The notes under the pieces are model-generated. The model ran no database searches. It saw only the letters and a list, made by a program, of their open reading frames with translations, and was not told where the DNA came from. The position numbers and the translations under genes are program-made. Shown here piece by piece: positions 37,501 through 46,386 of a stretch of DNA of 64,000 bases. The first letter of the stretch is position 1. Each line of letters starts with the position of its first letter. Source of the DNA: Thermoanaerobaculia bacterium (lineage in GTDB: Bacteria > Acidobacteriota > Thermoanaerobaculia > UBA5066 > Gp7-AA6); the NCBI GenBank assembly GCA_046716885.1, contig JBKJWL010000196.1, positions 10,722 through 74,721 on the forward strand. Direction: 5' to 3'.

Positions 37501-37878
37501 GCTCCGAGCGGGCCACGTGATCGCTCCGAGAAATCGGAGAGGAAAGTCCGAACTCCACACGGGCGGCATGCCGGGTAATCCCCGGTCGCGGCGACGCGAA
37601 GGAAAGTGCCACAGAGAACAGACCGCCTTCCGAAAGGACGGCAAGGGTGAAACGGTGCGGTAAGAGCGCACCGCTCCGCCGGCAACGGCGGGGGCACGGT
37701 AAACCCCATGCGGAGCAAGGCCAAATAGGGGGGCAGCGGGCGCCCGTCCCGCCTCACACATCGTGAGCTGCCTCCGGGTCGGCTGCTCGAGCCCGAGGGC
37801 GACCTCGGGCCCAGAGGAATGATCGCGACCCCGGCTTGGGCCGGGGCACAGGATTCGGCTTACAGGCCCGCTCGGGGC
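37501..37878 (+). ncRNA. rnpB: RNase P RNA, bacterial type A
   Basis: P1 pairs GCTCCGAGCGGGCC with GGCCCGCTCGGGGC (14 bp, one G-U). P3 is the hairpin CTCCGA-GAAA-TCGGAG. Universally conserved blocks are present: GAGGAAAGTCCG, AGTGCCACAGAGAA, GGGTGAAACGGTGCGGTAAGAGCGCACC, GGTAAACCCC, AGCAAGGCCAAATAGGGG and CACAGGATTCGGCTTA. Confidence 0.9.
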
Positions 37879-37898
37879 TTTTTGAGCCGAACCTCCCC

Positions 37899-38804
37899 GT
37901 GAACCTTATCCGCCCGCCGCGTCTTCAGCGGGGCGCGACCATCGGCGTCGCGGCGGTCTCCGGGCCCGTCGACGAGTCCCGGCTTTCCGCCGGCGTCGCG
38001 GCTCTCGAGCGCAAGGGCTACCGGGTCGTGCTCGCCTCGAACGTTCTGGCGCGGACGGGCTTCCTCGCCGGGTCCGACCGCGAGCGCGCCGGCGGATACC
38101 GGGAGCTCCTGAAAAATCCGGACGTCGACGCGATTTTCTTCGCGCGCGGCGGCTACGGATCCGTGCGTATCCTGCCGCACCTCGATCCGGGCGAGCTCCT
38201 CGAACGCCCGCGGATCCATCTCGGCGGCTCGGACCTCACGGCGCTCTTCGCCTTCGCCGCCCGCGCGGGCCTGGTGTGCTTCTATGGGCCCATGGTCGCC
38301 ACGGCGATCGCCGACGGGGAGGCGCTCGACTGGGAGGCGGTCCTCTCCGGCCAGGTCCCCGAGGTCCACCGTGCGGCGGAGGCGGACGTCCTCGCGGGAG
38401 GCTCCGGCCAGGGGCCTCTGGTGGGCGGGTGCCTGTCTCTAGCGGCCTCCGCGGCAGGAACTCCCGATCGAATCGACGGCGACGGGGCGGTCTTTTTCTG
38501 GGAAGACCTGGAGGAAGAGTCCTTCCGGGTGGATCGAATGTTGACCCAGCTGGAGCGGTCGGGTACATTCGATCGACTGCAAGCCATGCTCATTGGTTCG
38601 ATTTCGCCCGGCGCACGCGGCGGCGAATCCACGGAAACCGCCGCCGCCTGGCTGGCCGAGCGCTTCGCGGGGGCTCCGTTCCCCGTCGTGCGGGGATTTC
38701 CGGCCGGCCACCTGCGCGGCTCGCGCACCCTCCCGCTCGGGGTTTCGGTGCGGGTGGACGCGGACCGGGGAGTCGTCGAGTTTTCCGGGCCGGGCGTAGC
38801 CTAG
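37899..38804 (+). CDS. ldcA: LD-carboxypeptidase (S66 family)
   Basis: GATIGVAAVSGPV, GFLAGSDRERA, ARGGYGS and the nucleophile motif GGSDLTALF. GTG 37899 is the first start after rnpB; the track's 37836 start would lie inside rnpB. Confidence 0.8.
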   Translation: MNLIRPPRLQRGATIGVAAVSGPVDESRLSAGVAALERKGYRVVLASNVLARTGFLAGSDRERAGGYRELLKNPDVDAIFFARGGYGSVRILPHLDPGELLERPRIHLGGSDLTALFAFAARAGLVCFYGPMVATAIADGEALDWEAVLSGQVPEVHRAAEADVLAGGSGQGPLVGGCLSLAASAAGTPDRIDGDGAVFFWEDLEEESFRVDRMLTQLERSGTFDRLQAMLIGSISPGARGGESTETAAAWLAERFAGAPFPVVRGFPAGHLRGSRTLPLGVSVRVDADRGVVEFSGPGVA

Positions 38805-38811
38805 GACCGCG

Positions 38812-39609
38812 ATGCCGAGCGTGAAGGCCGTTTTCAAGTCGGGTCCGGGCGGCGCTCCAAAGAGCCCGTACGAGAAGTACCTGGTCAGCCACCTGATGGG
38901 CGAGATCATCTTTTCCGAGGGCGACATCGGCACGGAGATGCTCATCATCCAGTCGGGGACCGTGGAGCTCCTGAAGTCGATCGGGGGCGAGACGCGCGTC
39001 CTCGCCACGCTCGAGAAGGGCGACTTCTTTGGCGAGATGAGCGTCCTCGAAGACGTGCCGCGGACCGCGTCGGCGCGGGCGAAGACGGACGTCGAGCTGG
39101 TCCGCATCAACGGCGCCACCTTTGACGCGATGTTGAAGAGCAACACGGAGATCGCGGTGCGCATGATGCGCAAGCTTTCGCGCCGCCTGCGCGAGGTCAC
39201 CGCAATGCTGGAGGAGGCGCTGGGACGGCGCCTCTCGGAAGAGGAGAAGCCGGTCCAGCGCAAGGCTCCGCCCGAGCGCAACGCCTGCCGGCTCGTCGGC
39301 GAAGATCCGTCCTCGGAGTTCTTCCTCAACCGCGAGGGCGACACGCTCGTCGGGCGCGGCGACCCCGTCACCGGCATCACGCCGGACGTGGACCTGACGC
39401 CTCTGGATCCGCAGCGCTCCACGTCGCGGCGGCACGCCAAGCTCTACCAGATGGGCGAGACCTTCTACGTGATGGAAGAGATCGGTGTCATGAATGGGAC
39501 TTACGTCAACGAGAACCGCCTCGCGACCGGAGTGCCGGTGGCCGTCGGCAACGGTGACGTCCTGAAGTTCGGCCTCGTGCCGCTGACCTTTCAGGCGCCC
39601 GAGACCTGA
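38812..39609 (+). CDS. Cyclic-nucleotide-binding domain + FHA domain protein
   Basis: cNMP motif GDFFGEMSVLEDVPRTASARA. The C-terminal FHA domain is LVGRG...SRRHAKLY...VMNGTYVNENRL. Confidence 0.8.
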   Translation: MPSVKAVFKSGPGGAPKSPYEKYLVSHLMGEIIFSEGDIGTEMLIIQSGTVELLKSIGGETRVLATLEKGDFFGEMSVLEDVPRTASARAKTDVELVRINGATFDAMLKSNTEIAVRMMRKLSRRLREVTAMLEEALGRRLSEEEKPVQRKAPPERNACRLVGEDPSSEFFLNREGDTLVGRGDPVTGITPDVDLTPLDPQRSTSRRHAKLYQMGETFYVMEEIGVMNGTYVNENRLATGVPVAVGNGDVLKFGLVPLTFQAPET

Positions 39610-41633
39610 CGCCGCGCGCTGCGGGCCCCGCCGGGCGGCTGACTCTGCGCGACCCGGTCTGGCACCTCCCGGGTGTGGGCGCCGCGCGGGCCGCCCGCCT
39701 GGCCGCCGCGGGGATCCGAACGGTCGCCGATCTCCTCCTCGCCGTTCCCTTCCGCTACGAGGACCGGCGCCATTACGCATCCCTGGGGAGCCTCTCCTGG
39801 GGGACGCCCGCGACGAGCCTCGTGCGCTTTCAAGGGGTCCGGTCCACCCGGATGCGGCGGGGGTTGCTCCGCGTCGAGGCGGTCGCCGACGACGGGACCG
39901 GCGCCGTGCGGGTCGTCTGGCACAACCGATACCCGTCCTTCGCCAAGGCGCTCGAGGGCCGCCGTGCGGCGCTCTACGGAACGCCCGTCTCGACCCCCCG
40001 GGGCGAGATGCGCATCGAAAACCCGGAAACGGAGCTCTTCGAGGAGGGGGAAGAGTCTGACCCGATCCACTCGGGCCGGATCGTGGGCGTCTACCACCGC
40101 GCCGGGGAAGTCCCCACCCGCCTGTGGCGCTCACTCGTGCGCCGCGTGCTCGACGCGCTCTCGGCCGACTTCGCGGCCGTCTCGGCGCCGCCGGCGCAAC
40201 TCCTCCAGGCGCTCGGAGAGGCGCATTTTCCGACCCACGTCGACTCGGCGCGGCCGGCGCTCTGGCAACTGGCCCGCGAAGAGTTGCTCGTTCTGGCGGC
40301 CCGGATCGAGGAGAAGCGCGCGCGTCTGCGCGAGCGGCGCGGAATGGTCCTGCCGGCCGAAGAGGCGATCCGGCAGCTCGCCCGCTACGTGCTTCCGTTC
40401 CCGCTGACGGGCGCCCAGAAGCGGTCGGTGCGGGAGATTGCCGACGACCTCGCCTCCGGGCGCGCGATGGCGCGCCTTCTCCAGGGCGACGTCGGGTCCG
40501 GCAAGACGGTCGTCGCGGGCCTCGCCCTGCTCATCGCTGTCAAGAACGGAGCGCAGGGAGCGCTCATGGCTCCGACCGAGATTCTCGCGGAACAGCACGC
40601 GACGAGCCTCGCCTCCTGGCTCACGGCGGCCGGGATCCGGATCGGCCTCCTGACCGGCCGTGTGCGCGGGGCCGAGCGCAAGAAGCTCCTCGAGCGGCTG
40701 GTGGCCGGGGACATCGACGTGCTGGTGGGCACCCACGCCCTGATCGAGTCGCCGGTCCGGTTTCACCGGTTGGGGCTCGTCGTCGTGGACGAGCAGCACC
40801 GCTTCGGCGTGGCGCATCGAGCGCGACTCTTCCGCAAGGGCGACGCCCCGCACGTTCTCATCATGACGGCCACGCCGATCCCCCGGTCCCTCGCCTGGGC
40901 CATCTACGGCGAGCTCGACGTTTCGGCCCTCGACGAGAAGCCTCCGGGCCGCGCCCCGGTTCTGACGCGGATCCGCGGCGAGGGCTCGCGCGAAAAAGTC
41001 TACCGATTCGCTGGGGACCGGGCGGCGGCGGGAGAGAGAGTCTACGTCGTGGTCCCCGCCATCGAAGAGCGCGACCGCGAGATCGCCGCCACACGGGAAA
41101 CCGCGGAGCGGATCGCTGCCGTGCTGCCCGGCGTCGGGATCGGGATTCTCCACGGGCGCATGCCTCCCGCCGAGCGGACCGCGGTGCTCGCAGAATTCGC
41201 CGCGGGCTCAAAGCCGATCCTCGTCTCGACGACCGTGGTCGAGGTCGGTGTCGATGTGCCGGAGGCAACGTTGATGATCGTCGAGAACGCGGAAGTCTTC
41301 GGCCTCGCCCAGCTCCACCAGCTGCGCGGACGCGTCGGGCGCAGCCATCGCCGCTCGTGGTGCGCCCTGATCGCGGGAAAAGGCGCGGCGCCCGAGGCGC
41401 TCGCCCGCATGGCCGTCCTCGAGCAGACCTCGGACGGCTTCCTCATCGCCGAGAAAGACCTCGAGGCGCGGGGTCCCGGGGACCTGCTGGGACACCGGCA
41501 GTCGGGCCTGCCCCCGCTGCGGGTCGCGGACCCTATAAAGGATCTGGTCCACCTCGCCAAAGCGCGCGGGGAAGTCCTGGCGCTCAAGGCGGAGGGAAAG
41601 AAGATCGAAAGCGACCTGTTCGGCTATCCGTAG
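39606..41633 (+). CDS. recG: ATP-dependent DNA helicase RecG (probable CTG start)
   Basis: Helicase motifs GDVGSGKT and DEQHRFG. The conserved N-terminal PVWHLPGVGAARAARL...LLAVPFRYEDRR begins upstream of the track's GTG 39675. In-frame CTGs lie at 39606 (CTGA overlap with the upstream stop), 39639 and 39645. Confidence 0.85.
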   Translation: MTPRAAGPAGRLTLRDPVWHLPGVGAARAARLAAAGIRTVADLLLAVPFRYEDRRHYASLGSLSWGTPATSLVRFQGVRSTRMRRGLLRVEAVADDGTGAVRVVWHNRYPSFAKALEGRRAALYGTPVSTPRGEMRIENPETELFEEGEESDPIHSGRIVGVYHRAGEVPTRLWRSLVRRVLDALSADFAAVSAPPAQLLQALGEAHFPTHVDSARPALWQLAREELLVLAARIEEKRARLRERRGMVLPAEEAIRQLARYVLPFPLTGAQKRSVREIADDLASGRAMARLLQGDVGSGKTVVAGLALLIAVKNGAQGALMAPTEILAEQHATSLASWLTAAGIRIGLLTGRVRGAERKKLLERLVAGDIDVLVGTHALIESPVRFHRLGLVVVDEQHRFGVAHRARLFRKGDAPHVLIMTATPIPRSLAWAIYGELDVSALDEKPPGRAPVLTRIRGEGSREKVYRFAGDRAAAGERVYVVVPAIEERDREIAATRETAERIAAVLPGVGIGILHGRMPPAERTAVLAEFAAGSKPILVSTTVVEVGVDVPEATLMIVENAEVFGLAQLHQLRGRVGRSHRRSWCALIAGKGAAPEALARMAVLEQTSDGFLIAEKDLEARGPGDLLGHRQSGLPPLRVADPIKDLVHLAKARGEVLALKAEGKKIESDLFGYP

Positions 41634-41659
41634 CCGTCGCCTCCGCTTGCTCGGGATCT

Positions 41660-41785
41660 GCGGCCTTCGGCCGCACCGGCGAGCGGCTCGCGCGGATGCG
41701 CGCTCGACCGCTCGCCTGATCCCTCGCTCGCTACGGCTCTCGCGGCGCGAGGCTCCTCCCTTCGGGAGACTCCTCGCGCCGCGAG
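41660..41785 (+). terminator. Cluster of three GC-rich stem-loops downstream of recG
   Basis: Hairpins at 41660..41674 (GCGGC/GCCGC), 41678..41716 (GGCGAGCGG/CCGCTCGCC, 9 bp) and 41739..41785 (CTCGCGGCGCGAGG/CCTCGCGCCGCGAG, 14 bp, with an inner C-TTCG-G loop). No U-tract, so a terminator function is only a guess. Confidence 0.35.
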
Positions 41786-41836
41786 CTGAGGAAAGACTCC
41801 GGCCAAGAAAGTCCTAGTCCGGCGAAATGTTGCGAC

Positions 41837-42850
41837 GTGATACAAGGTGCCGCGTCGGAGGTGCGCTTGCGCGTTCTCGTTACAGGGGGCACGGGTTTCG
41901 TCGGGACCCATCTCGTCAACCGTTTGTTGCAGAGAGATCACGCGGTCGCCGTTCTGGCGCGCGACCCGGAGAAGACCCGCAATCGGTACAACCGGCCTGT
42001 CGAGGCGGTCCCGGGCGACGTCCTCGATCCGACCTCTTTCGGCCGCGCGGCGGCGGGCCGCGACGCCCTCGTGCACCTCGTCGGCATCATCCACGAGAGG
42101 GGGAGCCAGACCTTCGATCGGATGCACCGCGAAGCCACGGAGAACGCGCTCGTGGCGGCGGGGGCCGCGGGCGTGCGGCGCTTCCTGCACATGAGCGCCA
42201 TGGGAAGCTCGGAAGACTCCCCGTCCGAATATGGCCGGACCAAGGCGGCGGGGGAGAAAGCGGTGCGCGCGTCGGGCCTCGACTGGACGGTCTTTCGCCC
42301 CTCCATCATCTTCGGCCCCGGCGACGGCTTCGTGTCCCTGCTTGCTCCGATCGTGCGGTCGAACCCCGGATTCATCCCGGTGATCGGGCGCGGAAAGACG
42401 AAGTTCCAGCCGGTCTCGGTCTACGACGTCGCCCGTGTTTTCGCCGACGCCCTCGAAAAACCGGAAGCCGCGCGGCGGGCCTATGAGGTCGGCGGGCCCG
42501 AGGTCCTGACGCTCGACGACATCTACCGGGAGATCGCGGCCGCAGTCGGCAAGCCCGGCAAGCCGCTTCTCCATCTACCCCTCTGGTACGGCAGGATCCT
42601 CGCGACGGCCTTCGAGTGGCTCGCGCGGCTCGGGGTCTTCGCCTCTGCGCCGCTCACGCGGGACCAGCTCCGCAGCCTGTCCCGCGACAACGCCGCCGAC
42701 GTGACCGAGACCGTCGCGACGTTCGGCGGAGAGTGGCGCCGCTTCGGGCCGGGGATCCGGGAGTACCTGGACAACGGCCGGCACGATCCGCGTTCCGGAA
42801 TCGGGGAGGAAGTCGAGCTCGAACGCCGGGCCGTCGTGCGGATCCGGTAG
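41837..42850 (+). CDS. NAD(P)-binding SDR-family protein (NDUFA9/NmrA-like)
   Basis: Rossmann motif VLVTGGTGFVGTHL near the N-terminus, and later RPSIIFGPGD. The start could be GTG 41861 or TTG 41867 rather than 41837. Confidence 0.8.
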   Translation: MIQGAASEVRLRVLVTGGTGFVGTHLVNRLLQRDHAVAVLARDPEKTRNRYNRPVEAVPGDVLDPTSFGRAAAGRDALVHLVGIIHERGSQTFDRMHREATENALVAAGAAGVRRFLHMSAMGSSEDSPSEYGRTKAAGEKAVRASGLDWTVFRPSIIFGPGDGFVSLLAPIVRSNPGFIPVIGRGKTKFQPVSVYDVARVFADALEKPEAARRAYEVGGPEVLTLDDIYREIAAAVGKPGKPLLHLPLWYGRILATAFEWLARLGVFASAPLTRDQLRSLSRDNAADVTETVATFGGEWRRFGPGIREYLDNGRHDPRSGIGEEVELERRAVVRIR

Positions 42851-42893
42851 AGCCGGTCGAGCAACACGACACGGGCGGGGACGAGCCCCGGGC

Positions 42894-44843
42894 CTATGGC
42901 TGCGTTCCCTTCTTCAACCGGATCGTGCCCGACGAGGTCCGGACCACGATCTTTTCGCCGCCGCCGTTGAGCGACACGGTCGCCCTCTGGACCCCGTGCT
43001 TGCGTGAGACCGTCAGGTCCGGGAAATCGGAACGGATCGCCAGGTCGTCGTCCTCCGCGCCGGTGACGACGAGCTCGACGTCGGCCTTGCAGCCCGGCGG
43101 CACGGTCAGCGACACGTCGCCTCCGGAGTTGTGGATCGTGACGCCGCCGCGGATCTCGCGGGAGGTCACGCCGATGCGCACGTCCCCGCCCGCCGTGGCG
43201 GCGCGCACCGAGCCGCCGACGCTCGGCACGATAACGTCGCCCCCAGCCGTCTTGGCGTCCAGCGACCCGGATGCGCTCGCGATGCGGATGTCGCCGCCGG
43301 CGGTGTCGGCCAGGACGGAGCCCCGGACGGCCTCGGCGCGGATGTCGCCGGCCATCGTGGACGCCTTCAGGTCGCCCTGAACCGGGCCGACGACGATGTC
43401 GCCGCCGAAGCTCTTGAGATCCGCCGGGCCTCCGATCGACACCACGCGGATCTCGCCCGAGTGCGTCAGGATCTTGACCCGGCCGCTGACGTGCCCGATC
43501 CGGTAGTTGCCTCCGGTGGAGGTGGACAGGAAATCGCCCGAGATGTCGCCCCGCACGACTTCGCCGTCGAAGACGGGGGGAGCGACGGGAGGGATCGGGG
43601 CGACCGGAGGCACGGGAGGCACGACCACGACGCGCGGGACGACCACGACGTTCGGGACCTTGACGCGCACTGGCGGAACCGTGACGACGAAGGACCTGCG
43701 CGCCGAGACCAGGGGCTTGGCGTCGGACTCCTGGGTTCCCGCCGCGAGCACCAGGACGCTGCCGTTCAAGGTCTCGAGCCGGATCTGCGCTCCGCCGTTC
43801 CCGAGCGAGCCGCTGTACTCGTGACGGGGATCCGCGACGCGCAGGCGCCGAATCTCGCGCTGCGCCTCGCGAACGGCCTCGCTGGCGTCGCGCATGTCCT
43901 CCTCGATGGCGATGTCCACGTCCCGCATCGCGTCCTCCAGCTCCCGGTCGAGCTCTTCGAGGTCGATGACGCGGGTCTCGTGTCCCTCGGTCTTCACGAT
44001 GATCTTGCGCGAGCGTTCGCCCTTCGGGCGGCGGGGGTCGTCCTCGCCGGCGGGGTCCGCCGCGTTCCTCGGCAGCGGGAAGGTCGAGGCGATGCTGCCG
44101 TTCATGGTCGCGGCCGACAGGTCGAATTTTGCGTCCTTGGGCAGGACCAACGTGAGGGCGCCGTTGACGGACTCGAGATCGACGGCCATCCCCGGCCCTA
44201 TCGCCGCCACCGTCGCGTCGATCTTCCCGTTGACGGTCTGGGTCCGGAGCGAGCGCCGCACGCCCCGCGCCTCGATCGCGCCGTTGACGCTCTGAAGCTG
44301 AAGCTCCCCGTCGCATTCGCGCACGCGCACGTCGCCGTTGACCGTCTGGAGCTCGGCGGTCACGCCGGGCGGCAGGACGAGCTCGTACCGCGCCACCACG
44401 CGGCAACCCGGGCAAAGAGACCCGCGGCGACCCCCGTTCGCGTGCATGCCCGGCCATTGAGTCGCGAGGCTCCAGCCGTCTTCGTCGCGATCGCCGACCA
44501 CCCGGGTCGCGGCCAGGAACTCCTCGGCCTTCTTCTGCGACCCGGCGGACACCGTCACCGTCACGACCGCCGAGAATTCCCGGCCGGGCGAGGCGACGAT
44601 GTCGCCGGAGACGTTCTCGACCTGCACCGTCTGGCCGGCGGCCAGCGGGCCCTGGAACCGGTCGACGCGCGAGGCCGAGCGTTGCTCGCCGCGGGCGGCG
44701 GAAACCAGCATGAACAGGAGACCGAGGGCGAGCACGATCCAGGTCGCGAGCCGGTCGGGCCGCGCCATCGGGGGTTCCGCGCCGGCTTCCGACCGGGAAA
44801 ATTTGAGGGTGTCCATCGTGAGAGAGAGACGTCCGGTGGTCAT
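42894..44843 (-). CDS. DUF4097-like repeat (putative adhesin/beta-helix) protein with N-terminal TM helix
   Basis: TM helix WIVLALGLLFMLVSA. Two blocks of short beta-repeats (VNGDVRV, VNGAIEA, VNGKIDA, VNGALTL ... GGDIVV, AGDIRA, GGDIRI, GGDVIV, GGDVRI, GGDVSL) are separated by a charged coiled region and a VPPV-rich linker. Confidence 0.7.
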   Translation of the reverse strand: MTTGRLSLTMDTLKFSRSEAGAEPPMARPDRLATWIVLALGLLFMLVSAARGEQRSASRVDRFQGPLAAGQTVQVENVSGDIVASPGREFSAVVTVTVSAGSQKKAEEFLAATRVVGDRDEDGWSLATQWPGMHANGGRRGSLCPGCRVVARYELVLPPGVTAELQTVNGDVRVRECDGELQLQSVNGAIEARGVRRSLRTQTVNGKIDATVAAIGPGMAVDLESVNGALTLVLPKDAKFDLSAATMNGSIASTFPLPRNAADPAGEDDPRRPKGERSRKIIVKTEGHETRVIDLEELDRELEDAMRDVDIAIEEDMRDASEAVREAQREIRRLRVADPRHEYSGSLGNGGAQIRLETLNGSVLVLAAGTQESDAKPLVSARRSFVVTVPPVRVKVPNVVVVPRVVVVPPVPPVAPIPPVAPPVFDGEVVRGDISGDFLSTSTGGNYRIGHVSGRVKILTHSGEIRVVSIGGPADLKSFGGDIVVGPVQGDLKASTMAGDIRAEAVRGSVLADTAGGDIRIASASGSLDAKTAGGDVIVPSVGGSVRAATAGGDVRIGVTSREIRGGVTIHNSGGDVSLTVPPGCKADVELVVTGAEDDDLAIRSDFPDLTVSRKHGVQRATVSLNGGGEKIVVRTSSGTIRLKKGTQP

Positions 44844-44865
44844 GAGAGTTACGCAGACCTCGTTT

Positions 44866-45813
44866 TCAGAAGGAAATGGCCTTCAGCGCGGAGGCGGCCT
44901 TCGCGCGGACGAACCCGTTCTCCTGCGGATCGGCCGCCTTCTCGCGCAGCGATTCGATGGTGCGGGCGTCGGGCGACTGTTTGGCCGATGCGGCGAGCGC
45001 GTCGACGGCGACCAGGCGCACGGCCGGGTTCTTGTCCGCGCGCAGGGACTCGAGGAACACGGTCCGGATCTCCGGCGTGATCGGGAAGGAGGCGAGGGCG
45101 TCCGCGGCCTTCTTACGCACGCCCGGGTTGGGGTCCTTGCGCAGCGTGCTCGACAGAGCCGCCACGATCTCGGGCGACGCCGGCGAGTTATTCGCGCCGT
45201 GGTGCTCCGACACGAGCTCGATCGCCCGGGACTTCTCGCCGGCCGTCTCCGCGTTGCGCGAAACGAGATAGGCGAGGAACTTCGCAACCTCCGGATCGCT
45301 GGGACGGCCGGCCAGCTCGTGGCGCGCCGTAACGTCGAAGCCGATTCCGATGCTGCCGTCGGCACCGGCGGTCCGGTATGAGACGTTCGAGAGGCGCGGG
45401 TTGCTTTGGAGGTCGGGTAGCGAGGCGGCGGACGTGCTCGGCGCGGCGGCGGCCAGTGCGGACGGCCTCGCGGAGGGAAGGCCGCGGGCAATGAAGTATC
45501 CGAGGCTCGCGGCGCCGAGCAGCGCGGCGGCCTGGAAGAGCGGACGCGCCAGGCGCGGCCGGGGACGAAACTCGCGGACCCGCTGCCGCATCGTCTCCTC
45601 TTCGAGAAGCCCGAGCGTACGCCGCCGAAAGTCGGCGGTGACCACGGCGTCGGGATCGGTCCCCAGAGCGGTCCAGGCGTCCTCCAGCCGGGCCATTTCC
45701 GCCCGGCACGGCTCGCAGGCTGCCAGGTGCCCGGAGAGCTCGCGTCGCGAGGCCTCTCCGGCCTCTCCGGCGAGCCGGTCGATCGCGAGAGTCGTTACGT
45801 CGCGGCAGTCCAT
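44866..45813 (-). CDS. Anti-sigma factor (zf-HC2) with TM helix and C-terminal HEAT-like repeats
   Basis: MDCRDV...HLAACEPCRAEM (Hx3Cx2C), TM helix LFQAAALLGAASLGYFIA, and repeats NPGVRKKAADALAS / NPAVRLVAVDALAAS / NGFVRAKAASALKA. The ATG overlaps the end of the sigma gene by 19 nt. Confidence 0.7.
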   Translation of the reverse strand: MDCRDVTTLAIDRLAGEAGEASRRELSGHLAACEPCRAEMARLEDAWTALGTDPDAVVTADFRRRTLGLLEEETMRQRVREFRPRPRLARPLFQAAALLGAASLGYFIARGLPSARPSALAAAAPSTSAASLPDLQSNPRLSNVSYRTAGADGSIGIGFDVTARHELAGRPSDPEVAKFLAYLVSRNAETAGEKSRAIELVSEHHGANNSPASPEIVAALSSTLRKDPNPGVRKKAADALASFPITPEIRTVFLESLRADKNPAVRLVAVDALAASAKQSPDARTIESLREKAADPQENGFVRAKAASALKAISF

Positions 45814-46367
45814 GAGCGTTCTCCCTCCGAAAAGTGGGATTTCAGGGCCTCCACGGCACGAAAGATGCGAGTCTTGACGGCGCCGACGGAAATGCCGAGG
45901 GTCTCGGCGATCTCCGCATACGGCATGCCGTGATAGCGGGCCAGAACCAGGGCCTCGCGCTGCTCCTCGGAGAGTCCCGCCAGTGCGGCGCGGACCGCCC
46001 GGCGGCGTTCGGCCGAGACGAGGATCGACTCGATTCCTTCGCCCTTCGCGCGGGGTTCGGCGACCGCCTCCAGCGGCACCAGGGACGCGCGTCGGTCCCG
46101 GCGGCGGCGGTCCCGGCAGCCGTTGGCCGCAATGGCGAAGAGCCACGACGACACACCGGCCCGGCCGTCATACTGATGGGAGCGCGAGATCACTTTGACG
46201 AAGACCTCCTGGGTCACTTCTTCCGCCGAGGCGCGGTCGTTCAACATCCGGTCCGTGAACCGAAGAAGCGCCGGCGCGTAACGCTCGAAGAGCTCCGCGG
46301 CGCCCTCGGTGTCCCCGCGGCGGATCCGCTCGAGCAGGCTCAAGTCGTCGGTCGTCGACATTTCCAT
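45795..46367 (-). CDS. ECF (group IV) sigma-70 factor
   Basis: Region 2 AEEVTQEVFVKV...SWLFAIAANGCRDRRR and region 4 EQREALVLARYHGMPYAEIAETLGISVGAVKTRIFRA. Confidence 0.9.
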   Translation of the reverse strand: MEMSTTDDLSLLERIRRGDTEGAAELFERYAPALLRFTDRMLNDRASAEEVTQEVFVKVISRSHQYDGRAGVSSWLFAIAANGCRDRRRRDRRASLVPLEAVAEPRAKGEGIESILVSAERRRAVRAALAGLSEEQREALVLARYHGMPYAEIAETLGISVGAVKTRIFRAVEALKSHFSEGERSWTAAT

Positions 46368-46386
46368 TCGGGCCGGCCAGTGGGAG

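Noticed and set aside
37415-37761. Small ORFs 37415..37663 (+), 37427..37612 (-) and 37465..37761 (-)
   Set aside because: They lie within or across the RNase P RNA gene and its upstream palindrome. The RNA call explains the conservation-like structure there.
42523-45080. Competing long ORFs 42523..44457 (-) and 43131..45080 (+) over the DUF4097-like gene
   Set aside because: Both are Arg/Gly/Asp-rich and featureless. The 42894..44843 (-) frame has a TM helix, regular beta-repeat units and fits directly after the anti-sigma gene.
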